Shown piece by piece: positions 43,301-53,753 of a stretch of 64,000 nt of DNA; position 1 is the stretch's first letter; every line of letters starts with the position of its first letter. The stretch covers positions 124,001-188,000 of the forward strand of contig OW569346.1 in NCBI GenBank assembly GCA_937625935.1, given 5' to 3'. The position numbers and the translations under genes are program-made. This DNA is from Tetramitus jugosus. Taxonomy: Eukaryota > Protista > Heterolobosea. The notes under the pieces were generated by a model that did no database searches, was not told where the DNA came from, and saw only the letters and a program-made list of their open reading frames with translations.

Positions 43301-44332
43301 AGACTGATGGAATCCAAGTATTTTATGGAAACTGAGAGCACTATATATCGCACGAACGACGAACTTCCCAAGGATTTGGGACACGACGCTTTAGTATCAA
43401 TGAGGATAAATCCATCAAGCCTCACTAACTTTATGAGTGGAAATCAATACGAGACTGGCCACTTTAATGGCTTACAAAAATCAAAGTTTCGATACCTCAG
43501 AAGACATAATCCATCCATTTACAACTACCTGCCAAAAACGAATGTAGCTCTCGTTACTGACGAGAAACAGCACTTGACGGTCGTATCCTCTCAAAGAATA
43601 CCAATGACTGTGTTTGCAGGTCGAACAATGGAATGGATGCTTCCAGTCTCCTCATCTCCAGATAGTAAGAATTTGGTTGACGACGCCATAAAGATGCGAT
43701 TGTATATCGGGCCTGTGAGCAATGAAAAGAGAAACGTCGATGGTAGTGATGAACCCTTATCAATCAATTCTATCAGAGAACAGTATCAGCAATTGAATGC
43801 AGAATTACATAGACCATTCTATTTATTTATGGGTGCAATTGCACCAACTCACTACCACCTAAAGCGCAGCACAAGAAAAGAAGCACCCAGAAGTAAGGAC
43901 GGAAGACTAATAACTGTGGATGAGGAGCATGAGGAATATGAGTATATCGATCTTTGGAAGCAAGAATTTCAACCTCGTGTAGCTCCTCTGCATTCTGAGT
44001 TCGTTCAATTCCTTGCTCAAAACAACATTGAACTCGTTACTCTGCAATATCGCACCGATTTAAGTCCGATACTAAAGTCTGATACTCCTCAAGCAGTCTT
44101 GATGATGAGATTCATGAGAAATGGGGCCAGCAACGCTGCATCAACTGTCTCTCTCAAATTTGCCGAAGTGCAACGTTGGTTCCCAACGCAACAGACATTC
44201 CAGGTGGCCATCAAGGTCCGCAACGACAATATTCACATAATGCTTGAAGTTGCAGAAGAGGAGAAGGATTCTTTAGCTTTGATGCGACCGCTTGATGACA
44301 TTTCCACAATCTTACTGATAGCGAAATCGTAG
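40388..44332 (+). CDS. Degenerate GH38 alpha-mannosidase-like protein with signal peptide and internal multi-TM insertion
   Basis: IIVFNDLSWQRSEMVEI, DELGDSVIAQL, LVFIAKDVPAFGTRTYFL and FEGPLMHEMNQQF resemble GH38 middle/C-terminal domains; the HSHxD metal motif is not seen. Confidence 0.6.
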   Translation: MQHRPPIKLFNLFVLLQVLLCTIIIIMMIASPVSSSTITDDMMTTGKKPISKTKIRIIPLLSLNHALSNWIDHQKQTDDNDDNKHIIDDPCKNNCFQTLIESLVSNNNNKNQKLIGKRTISVPIHALIPFFTYSDQCLSLSSASSSDMIHSLKNRKQFFQLLLGEDDDQADSRNDHEQKTTGNDDDKQRQFLFVNEDEIDNHSSNKRTNDDHGDDFMMKRENQDALSRVHSLSEIENYLRREWGVSITHVTLKSSYRTKRRNVVDGEDDDQQLFIKRERLIRGTQWDARVDENEHESSIWGGLNELIHERILQINNDPGTGTAIVHVVWEMNGSEKSFGQIEKFMSLLSLHLNEVEIEYGSFRNLNEKYTDQIIRIRSTSNRDEETIHSSEYTLKSMTNTYRLSVSKMLSETRSLLHASEVMLSHVVMKSKIDQKKSLMDEVIKARRLLAMVENLLSSEDIFGYGPSATDLMSTLNHLLSKVQSSAKQMMTQQVGSLIHKEKAEREFSRVFEYYSNGRYYRHSTPRFISFQSDFKVEKPEHDSIFNEDDMSIPIIVFNDLSWQRSEMVEIAISTTDVHDKDFLIDVFDELGDSVIAQLVPNLSMHHAPIEWFRLVFIAKDVPAFGTRTYFLSRRRKFETHKHYKDNLEAGSSTIMSTVLLSDNSKFHELLKDQDLESLHFKVEKLGRKDIVLNHQKQSVGFQRNTGNLAFVTTKLPSKGRPSTFFLSEQYFTYNAPHSNESFVSLISYDWLLGFLICSSIGYLLGLVFSKVFVGSKIVKSMTKATQRANSSPILMNEKDNTRPFGRYQDRGTAKPNPFAISSSKHDQRYSFSHIIYNLLNHIRSNKDNKKQAHGLVAFSFGMVGAIITSNIIFHDYLIITSILSPLFVGIILGFLAGLVFSLFGVKSWVIFGIVFVITYSTSYFAQPWMIATGLDNNLALNDLIVFEGPLMHEMNQQFNSSFSGLSVLQTTRLMESKYFMETESTIYRTNDELPKDLGHDALVSMRINPSSLTNFMSGNQYETGHFNGLQKSKFRYLRRHNPSIYNYLPKTNVALVTDEKQHLTVVSSQRIPMTVFAGRTMEWMLPVSSSPDSKNLVDDAIKMRLYIGPVSNEKRNVDGSDEPLSINSIREQYQQLNAELHRPFYLFMGAIAPTHYHLKRSTRKEAPRSKDGRLITVDEEHEEYEYIDLWKQEFQPRVAPLHSEFVQFLAQNNIELVTLQYRTDLSPILKSDTPQAVLMMRFMRNGASNAASTVSLKFAEVQRWFPTQQTFQVAIKVRNDNIHIMLEVAEEEKDSLALMRPLDDISTILLIAKS

Positions 44333-44623
44333 CATTACGTCAGACATTCGCCACCAATCCCAAATACGTGCAAAGCCAAGGACCTTCACCGGAAAAATAA
44401 AATCATTGCGAACATTGAGCAAATATCTATCGTTGGACGACAGGCGTCATTCGGTCATTTCGTCCTTTACAAGACATTGGTGTGTGTCCTGAACCCTCGT
44501 CCACATTTCCGACAGGACCACCGCAGACATCCAAAAAACTATCATTCTGTTCCACAGGAAGAAAACACGAGCAAAACAACCACAACAACAAGTCAATCTT
44601 CCCGATCCCTACTAGGTTTCCCA

Positions 44624-47108
44624 ATGTCCCGATCATCATTGCCACTCTTTTTACTGTCATTGTGTTCTGCAATGTTGGTTCTGTTGTTGTTGTTGTCCAA
44701 TGAAAGCAGCACAGTCAGTGCCAATTCATTCGATCGACTAAAGTTCTCCAGTTTCGACTCCTTTCCTCGTTCACACAAGTGGGATCTCGCCTGCCATCGA
44801 ATTCCACTTTCAAGTTCATTTTCAACAACAAGCCATGCAATGAATTCTCTCACTGCTTTGACTTTAGCTTCTGCTGCTGCTGCTGCTGCTGAAGAAGTGA
44901 CGGTGAATTCGGGAGTTGCGAGTCCAGAAGCAGCGTTTGTGGATGTGGATTATCGAACGAGTCGTTCTGGTATCGTATCCATCCAGTTTAGCACTACGCT
45001 GAAATCATACAAGGCCATGACCAGTGATCTCTCATTGTGCGTACAGAATACGACGTTAGAGAAGTCTAGCACCTCATGCTCACTGGAATTGCTGTATCAG
45101 TTAGTGTTGAAGAATGAGACAGTGTTGAATGAGACGCTGTGGCAACAGAGTGAACTCACCATCCGCCAATATTACTTTATTCAGAGTGTAACACACACGG
45201 TACCAATCAACATGACACTGTATTCCGTATCTGATGTCAATTTGTGGATACGGATCAATATTGTGCGAAAAGACAACCAGACATTGACGACAACTGTGCC
45301 GTTTGAAGCAAGTAGTGAATTCATGCAGCTTAGTAGTAGTAGTAGTAGTGAGCATACGATTGTGGAATCATATCAGAGTATGATTGAGCTAGGAGATCGT
45401 CAAATGTATAATCGGTCACAGTGCTTGGACTTTAGTAACGTCATCATCTATAATAGGGCTCATCGGATGCACGACTATACAATCTCTTTGATTATTCACT
45501 TTATTTTCCTTGTTCCGATGGTGATCATGTGCTTTTTGACGTTTGTCACGTGCACGGGCACACTAGGAAGGAGAAGATTCCCGACATCGATTATTGGAAG
45601 CATTAGTGTGCTAATTCTGTTTATCATCAGTTTACCATTTGATGGTTTTGTTCGATTCTATCTGTGGAAGAATTGGTTGGTTCAGGATCCCAACCTAAAT
45701 GTTTGGTACAATTTTGTTCAAGTGCTTGGCATCATTATCCCATTGATTGTGGCAGTGACGAGCTATTCTGCGACAATGGTATGTTCTGGAATAATCTTTT
45801 GATAGCGATGAAAAAGCTGCATTTTGCTCTAACAACAATCATTTCTGTTAGATTCGCTATTTGCGTTTCAAAGTTGTATACAGGTACGCTTTCAATGTGA
45901 ACAAGAAGAATACCAAGACTTCGGATGCAATGATATTGAACTCAACTTTGAAACGATGGAAGATTTTGAATTCTAAATGGTTGTTTTGGCCCCTATTCTT
46001 CATTGGAATTGGTATATTGTACGTGTGTCTCGCAGCTGCTACCACTGGGTTGATCTATGCGAACAGAATGCCTTCTAGGCCGGCATTTGTGAACATGTAT
46101 ACTGCCCTCGATGTTTTAAATATCGACTACTTGGTTGTACTCGGAATCCTATTGCTCATTTTCCTGGTTGATTCCCTGATGGACATTAAGAAATTCAAAA
46201 GAGGGCTCGTCTACTTTTATTGGACCAATGATCCGCTGTTGTTTAGATTGGAGGCCCTTGTTGCTCTGTTTTTCTTTGGTGCCATGGTAACTGGTATTGT
46301 TATATTTATGCACTTCAAGTCGGTGTACGCATATTCTGTGGCTCTATGCTTTGACTTTGCCTACTTCTTTGCGATGCTTCTGTTTGGTAATGTTATCATT
46401 TCTGTGATCGAAGTGTATAGATGGATAGTGAATCTTTCAAAGAGAAGAAATGGAGACATAGAGGAGGATGCTAAGAATGGAAGACCAAGTGAGTTGTTGG
46501 GATTGTTGACTGATGAGCATTTCTATAAACTGTTCGCCAAGTACTGCCTCAAGGAATTATCTGCTGAGAACCTGAGTGTCTTTACAATTATCGAGCAAGC
46601 AAAACGTAAGGGAAAACTTGAATTTGACATGTTTGAGGCAATGTATCTGGAATACATTAAATCTGGATCTAACTTCGAGGTGAACGTCAAATCATCTGTT
46701 CGGTCTCAGATCTCTGCGGCGTATGAGAAGAGTTTGGAAACAAAGGAGGCAGTTGACATCTCTGAGCTCGATCAGTTGTTTTGGGATATTGTAGTTAACT
46801 TGGAAGACACTTTCAACAGGTTCTCAAAGACTGCTCAATACCATCTCTTTACCCAAGAAAAACAAGTGTTGAAGGAGATGTTTCACATTGATAGCAATGC
46901 ACCATTGCAACAAAAACCAAAGAAATCTGGTACGTCTGTCTCGCGCAACGGATCACAAAGGGATAGCAATGTGGACAGTCTATCGTCATCAGAGTCCGTC
47001 AACAAGGATTCATCCAGAACAACTTCGACTACTGCCACAACAATCACAAACACAACAGTTCAGCTGAGTGATTCGTCAGACTTTGAGCCAATAAGCAACC
47101 AGGTATAA
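44624..47108 (+). CDS. 7TM-RGS protein with large N-terminal extracellular domain; 2 exons
   Basis: Signal peptide, N-glycosylation sequons, several TM helices; intron 45779-45851; RGS box FYKLFAKYCLKELSAENLSVF...YIKSGSNFEVNV...NLEDTFNRF; start uncertain. Confidence 0.85.
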
Positions 47109-47153
47109 AATGAAACTCTGAGAATTAACTGTACAATTATGTTTATCAATTAG

Positions 47154-50100
47154 TCATTGTGTGCTCGCAATTTCTGGATCATGAATAATTACATTCTCCA
47201 GTTCAACAACATTCTTTCTCAAACTTCTCCGGGATTTCTTGATCAGTTTGATGAGACATCTCTTTACAATTTTGTAAACCTCAGCCATGCCCATGAATAC
47301 CACCAGACCGATAATAATGATTGCCCATTCTTCACCCTTTAGGGGGTGATGATGGAATACTCGATTGTTCACCCAAGGTACATAGAGTGTAATGCATTGG
47401 AGAGCAATACTTCCCAGAACAGCAATGTGCAACCAATAACTTCTCCAAAGGAAGTAAAGGAGACAGCCTGGGCTGACTTCAAGCTTCTCATTAGCCACAA
47501 GTCAGTCATCACAAAGTAATTGAGCAAAATGATGAGAGCCATGGATAGACCATAAAACATAAGATCACACATGGTCTCCCAGTTAAACAGATTTTGCTTT
47601 GCTCTTTTCTTCATAATCCTCTTTGATGGTTTCTCAACGCTAAGCGCAACAGCACAGGGAGTACCAGTGACCATATTTACATAGAGGATGTGAGTTGGGT
47701 TCAATGGTATCTCATAACCGGCCACTACTGGAATCAATAAAGCAAAGAACTGAGCAACATTGCCAGAAAGTAAATGAATCACAAATTTTCTAATGTTGGC
47801 AAATATTCTTCTTCCTTCTTTCACAGCAATGACAATAGTGTTAAAGTTGTCATCTGTTAGAATGATGTCTGCCGCTTCCTTTGTCACATCAGAACCACCC
47901 TTACCCATCGCGATACCAATATCAGAGATCTTGATCGAAGGTGCATCATTCACACCATCGCCAGTCATTGCAACCAATCTCTTCCTTGCATGAAGGGCAT
48001 GAATCATTTTCACTTTGCTCTGAGGACTACATCGAGCAATTACAAGGGGTAATTGTTTCATCTTGAACAATTCCTCATCGGACAGATTATCAAATTCGGT
48101 GGCTTTCATCACACTGTTGTCATTCATGTTTTCAGGCTTCAAAATACCCACTTGCTGAGCAATGGCCTTGGCGGTTACATAGTGATCACCGGTCAACATG
48201 TGAACAACAATGCCTGCTTCATCGCAAACTTTGATGGAATTTGGAACTTCTTGACGATATGGATCTTCAATACCAACCAATCCCACGAACGATAACTCCT
48301 TCTCAACGTCTTCTCTCTTTTCTTCTGATGTTATGACAATGACGTTTTCATGTTCATCTACAACATTGCGATACGCAATGGCCAGTACTCTCAAACCTCT
48401 CTTACCGATAGTTTCATTCATGTTCTTAATGTTCACTTCATCGTCGTTGGTGAGTGGAACGGATTCCCATTTTCCATCTGAGTTCACCTTAAGAATATTC
48501 GAACATAGTGGTAAAACTCCATCAGGTGCTCCTTTGGTGAAGATGTGAGTTTCTTTTCCGTCAATTGTTGCATACTTGACACTCATTCTCTTGATAGTGG
48601 AATCAAAGGGGAATTCTTGAACAATAGATCCGTAAACATTTCCTTCCAGTTCACTCTTGGACATACGGCACACCATGGCAAGAGTGTTCAGTGCAATTTC
48701 TGTTGGATCTCCAACATAAACGAGTTCCCTCTCATTGTTATCAGGATTCTGATTCTTCTTTTTCTTGTTCTTCTCCTCTTCCAAATCTTCAGATGGTCCC
48801 TTCACTGTGATGCTAGATGAGTTACATAGAGATGACACAGTGAGTAACAAGCGAAGATTTTGTGGCATGTTCTCGTGAGTGACATCATTCTCATGACTTT
48901 CAGTCGATCCGACTGCATTGAAGGTGTCTGAGACACCAGCCGAAGAATCTGTGGATAGCTTAATGATTCTTCCTTCAATCACTGTTGACTCTCTCTTTGT
49001 TTGCACATGATAGGCGTGGCCATCAGAGAGCCATAATGTAGTAACAGTCATCTTACCCTCTGTCAATGTTCCAGTTTTATCACTACAAATGTCAGTAATA
49101 CCTCCCAGTGTCTCCAACGCAGCTAATTTTCTCACAATAGCATTCTGCTTGACCATTGACCTCACACCAATGCTCATTGCAAGTGTGACCACAGCTACAA
49201 GAGCCTCGGGAATGATTGCGACAGCAATACAGACACCGGTAATCAACGCATGAGGGAATAGAGCATGCTTGCCTTTGTGAACATATACAGCGACAATTAC
49301 AATCACAAGAGAAATGACCGCAACAATCACAAGAACAATACCCATCCACGACATTCTTCTTTGCAATGGAGTTGATTTCTGCTTGGTCTTGCTCAGACTC
49401 TTGGCGATCTTTCCGATTTCAGTGTTCGTTCCCGTCTCCACAACGACACCAGAACCCTTTCCTTTAGTGACTGTGGTGCTCATGAATGCACAGTTAACTC
49501 TATCTCCGACAGGTACATTTTTCAGGGACGTTTGTTCTTGAGCGAGGTCAGAATGAGCTGCATCATTCTGTTGAATGGTTGTTGATGCACCATCCTTGTT
49601 GTGCTTTCTTGGTAGAGCACAGACAGTCTTGCTGATTGGAATCGGTTCGCCAGTCAACAAAATCTCATTACACTCAAGGTTGACTGTCTGAAACAGTCTT
49701 ATGTCAGCTGGGATCTGGTCCCCCTCCTTCAGAAGAACAATGTCACCAGTGACAATATCACTGGATGCGACTTGAACTTTCTTTTCGTCTCTCAGTACAC
49801 GACAAGTAGGGGACGTCAATTGTTTTAGTTTGTTCATGGTTGTCTCTGATTTGAACTCTTGGAAGAATCCGATTGCAAGATTGATAATAATCACAAGGAT
49901 AATAACACCCATATCAGCCCAATCCTTAACAACACCACTTAAAATGGCAGCAACCAATAAAACGGCGTTCATAATGGTGAACGTGTGACTCCACAAGAGT
50001 TTGACCCAGAGTGGAATCCATGATTGACCCGAATCGATCACATTCTGACCATTGATAGCCAATCGTTGAGTGACTTGCTCAGTAGTTAAACCATTGGTTG

Positions 50101-50413
50101 TGTCACTGGATAAATGCTCGCAGACTTGTTCAACTGTTGCATAGTACCATGCTCTCTCTTTGATGCTTGCTTCATCAACAGTTGTGATTTTTGGAGTATG
50201 ATCACTTGGGCTTGAAGAAGCAGTGCTTGCAGCATGGATCTGAGGCTGGGGGTTAGGTCTTTTCTTTTCCTTTTCAGAAAGGATAACGGAATTGCTGGGG
50301 TCTGAGTCAGTGGCAGTCATGATAAGGTGATCTGCCTCCAACATTGCATCTCTTCTATTAATTTCAGGATGGTTGTCTCTCTTGCATTCTTGAGAATAGG
50401 TTGTATTCATCAA
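47154..50413 (-). CDS. P-type IID (ENA-type) Na+/K+ efflux ATPase with an apparent deletion/frameshift near 47450
   Basis: LLTGE, IPEAL, DICSDKTGTLTEGKM, KGAPD, MLTGDH, MTGDGVNDAPS; the last TM helices are in a different frame (47154-47450). Confidence 0.88.
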
Positions 50414-50998
50414 CAGTAGTTTGTCCTCTTTCTTATTATTTTACTCTGTCAAGTAACAATAATAATGATAATATATATGATACAATAAGGTGAAGTGTTT
50501 AGTTTTGTTGTTCAACCTCGAGGCCAGAACCACAGAACACTCCTTATATGAACTTTTATTAGATGTTACAATGCTGACCAGATTCGTATCTTGTATACAA
50601 AATACCCGTCTATTATTACCGAAAGGAAATAAATGGTGTGAATGAAGATAAATAGATGAGCAGATTATCGGAACTCCTATGCGATTGGATTATACCAGAC
50701 CATTATTCCTGATCTATCTTTGAAAGTCAAAATTAGGCTGCTTGTGGTTGACTGTCTTCGTGCATTCATGTTTCACTCAGATTCAAGGATGATCATATGG
50801 CCATCTCGTACAACAAGGATTGATTGCCCAATACAAGATCAATCAGATTCTGGTAAATGTAATCACAAAGGTGCACCTTTTCTGACCATCAACTTGTTCA
50901 AATTCATTTGTGATTTTTCACACACACAAAAACTCCTACGACAAGCCTTCAACAACAATAAAAACCACGAAGCAAACAGAAGAAACACAAAGATACTG

Positions 50999-52624
50999 AT
51001 GGGCAAGAAACGCAGCCTCGAAAGCAACAACAACGAATCTTCGAACAATAAGAAAATGAAAGGACTCAAAAATGCAAACAAAAAGAAGGCAATGCTCTCC
51101 AAGAAGCTCAAACAAGCCCCCATCATTGAAGATGACTCATTGTTTGAAAAGTATATCAACCCCAAGTACATTGCCAGTTCAGAACAGTCCAATTTGTCTG
51201 AACTCGCAACTCAATTCGCTTCTGGCACTCCCTTCTCTCATATTCATCTGAAACAATTTTTCTCCGATGAAACCTTTTTACAAAACTTATTCTCGGAGAT
51301 GGAGGCGGAAAAATATGTAGAGAAATCAAATGATCTTTACTCGTTTTTGCAGACGAAACGTGACTTGAGAAGTGCACTCGTGGAGGAACAAGTGGTCCAG
51401 AAGAAGACAAACAATGATGACTTGACTCACATTTCAAAGCTATGCAAAATTTTGTACTCGAAAGGCTTTAGAAACATGATTCAAACGATTAGTGGATTGA
51501 ATGTCGAACTCAATCAAACCATTGATTTGTCTGGTGCCTGTTACAGAGACACTGCTCACTTGTTGTGTCATGATGATGAGTACGAGGGCAGAAGAATTGC
51601 ATTTATTCTCTATTTTGTGGACAAGGAGTGGAAAAGGGAAGATGGTGGTTGTTTGGACTTGTTTAATGTAGATGACAATGGTCAACCGGATCAAGTCGTC
51701 ACAAGTCTCGTTCCCGAATGGAACTCGTTTGCATTTTTTGAAGTAACACCCTATTCTTATCATCAAGTAGCAGAAGTGTTGCAGGATGATCGATTCAGAG
51801 TCTCCATTTCAGGATGGTTCCATGGACCATCGATTGAGAGACCACCTGCCTATGTTGAGCCAGAATTGCCCTATGAAGCGATGGTGACAAATGATGAAAG
51901 TACGACTGATACGAACAAATCCACTAGTGTCACTCTGAGTGATTGGATCAATCCTATTTATTTGAATGAAGAGACACAGGACCAAGTGAGAGAGGCATTT
52001 GAGGAGCAATGCAGTGTAGAATTGCAACAATTCTTGCTGCCTAGCAAGTTTGAGGAGTTGATGAAGGCTGTGAACGAGCATTCATCATGGAAGATGATTG
52101 GACCTGCCAACAGACGTCACTATGAACAAATGATGGAGAATGAGAATGTTGCCCCTATTATTCAACAATGTCACCAATTGTTCAAATCTGGTGAAATTCA
52201 ACAGTTTCTCTCAAAGGTTTTGAACGTTGATGTCTCCTCTGTTCATACAAGAGGAAGAAAGTTCTCATCTGGTTGCTACACTCTCGTCCAGAGCTTGTCA
52301 ATGGAAGAGACTCGATTAGATGCCATTTTTAGTTTAACTGGCAAGGATTGGGATTTCGATTTCGGTGGTCAAGTTGTCTACATGGACGAAGAAGAGGAAC
52401 TGTTGTCTGTGTTGCCTCAGGCCAATTCATTGTCACTCGTTTTGCGTGACAAGGGAACAATGCAATTCGTCAAGTACGTCAATCATAACGCACCTGAGCC
52501 ACGTATTGATCTCACCTATACTTACACTGTTGAATTCTCATCTGATGATGAAGAAGATGATGATGATGAGGAGTATGACGAGGAAGAAGAAGGCGAAGAA
52601 GAAGAGGAGGAACAAGACGAATAA
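50999..52624 (+). CDS. OGFOD1: uS12/RPS23 prolyl hydroxylase (Tpa1/OGFOD1)
   Basis: EKSNDLYSFLQT, LLCHDD, RRIAFILY, GGCLDLF, SYHQVAEV, RVSISGWFHG, GPANRRHY, MQFVKYVNH; acidic tail. Confidence 0.93.
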   Translation: MGKKRSLESNNNESSNNKKMKGLKNANKKKAMLSKKLKQAPIIEDDSLFEKYINPKYIASSEQSNLSELATQFASGTPFSHIHLKQFFSDETFLQNLFSEMEAEKYVEKSNDLYSFLQTKRDLRSALVEEQVVQKKTNNDDLTHISKLCKILYSKGFRNMIQTISGLNVELNQTIDLSGACYRDTAHLLCHDDEYEGRRIAFILYFVDKEWKREDGGCLDLFNVDDNGQPDQVVTSLVPEWNSFAFFEVTPYSYHQVAEVLQDDRFRVSISGWFHGPSIERPPAYVEPELPYEAMVTNDESTTDTNKSTSVTLSDWINPIYLNEETQDQVREAFEEQCSVELQQFLLPSKFEELMKAVNEHSSWKMIGPANRRHYEQMMENENVAPIIQQCHQLFKSGEIQQFLSKVLNVDVSSVHTRGRKFSSGCYTLVQSLSMEETRLDAIFSLTGKDWDFDFGGQVVYMDEEEELLSVLPQANSLSLVLRDKGTMQFVKYVNHNAPEPRIDLTYTYTVEFSSDDEEDDDDEEYDEEEEGEEEEEEQDE

Positions 52625-52636
52625 ATCCCTTTTTCT

Positions 52637-53437
52637 TTACTCAAGTGTCTTCACACAAGCGCGATACAGAGCAAATCTACCCAACAACACAAACTCTTCT
52701 CCAATCAACCAAATGGCATATTTCAGACTTCTGTTCAATGTTTGTGAAGAACTAACATCGGTGCAAACTGTTGGCATCAATTGGTTCATCGCTCTTCTCT
52801 TCCATAGAATCTCCAGGGGCGCAACTAGGCATCTGGTGAGCACGCGAGCACCCACATAGGAAATTACCTCTGTCAGGTTTGGATCAGACTCCAGTTTTTG
52901 AGACACGAAATTCTGAATCATTGGTTGAATGACATGAGATGCCATTGCTGATGAGAGTGCACTCGAGAGCAAACCCAATAGAAAAGCCTTGTGTTTGTAC
53001 ATGTCCTTTGTAGAAACATTGGCTACCTCCAAAGAGCTATCAGACTTGTTGAGTGTTGTTCCGACCACACGCTTGCAATAATTAAGGAATTGTGGATAGG
53101 AAATTGTAAAGCTAATGATGGCAGGAATTGGCTCCACTTTTGTCAAATACCTCTTGACAAGCAAGCTAGAAACAGAGTCAAGAATGAAGAATTTGTAAAA
53201 GGATCCCTTTGTTTTGTATGCCCCCTTGACAACACTCGATTGATCATCTTGTTCCGTTGAACTGCTGAGAATCTCTGCTTGCAAGCGCTTTCTTTGGATG
53301 ATTGGAAGTGAGATCAAGTAGAATGAAGAAGCAACAAGAGCAGCAACACCATGCTTGATAATCTTTTGCTTTCTTGTCGAGTCTTTGGCTCCGTGAGTCA
53401 AGCTATGATTCAGAGTGGATGCTGCTGGGGAAGACAT
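52637..53437 (-). CDS. Highly divergent mitochondrial-carrier-fold protein (possibly MTCH/SLC25A46-like)
   Basis: One clear carrier signature APLEILWKRR plus degenerate LPIIQRKRLQ and YPQFLNYCKR, each after a hydrophobic helix. Confidence 0.45.
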   Translation of the reverse strand: MSSPAASTLNHSLTHGAKDSTRKQKIIKHGVAALVASSFYLISLPIIQRKRLQAEILSSSTEQDDQSSVVKGAYKTKGSFYKFFILDSVSSLLVKRYLTKVEPIPAIISFTISYPQFLNYCKRVVGTTLNKSDSSLEVANVSTKDMYKHKAFLLGLLSSALSSAMASHVIQPMIQNFVSQKLESDPNLTEVISYVGARVLTRCLVAPLEILWKRRAMNQLMPTVCTDVSSSQTLNRSLKYAIWLIGEEFVLLGRFALYRACVKTLE

Positions 53438-53753
53438 TTTCGCTTTGTGTTTCTTGTTTCCCGCCCTGAGATAACCCGCTTGAATCCTCACTTTTGTAAA
53501 GTCGGATCTAAATGTTCTTTCTTGTTCCTGCCGAAGTCACATTCAGGAGTTCTGTTGTTCTGGTCAACGATCGTTTTGTGTGCTTACGAATTTCAATCAA
53601 CACCTCCCACTGCTTTTACTGTTTTTCTCCTCTCTTCTAATAACAACAGGACAAGTGTGGTACTCTGAAACTTGTTCAATTTTCCTTGGTCGCGACACAG
53701 CAACAGAATCATCAAAAAAAACAACAACAACAATCAATCATCATCAACAGACT

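Noticed and set aside
50720-50998. N-terminal extension of the OGFOD1 ORF from a non-ATG start (similar extensions on USP, ABCA and tyrosinase ORFs)
   Set aside because: Artefact of bacterial-style start codons in the ORF track; these are A/C-rich leaders ahead of the first plausible ATG
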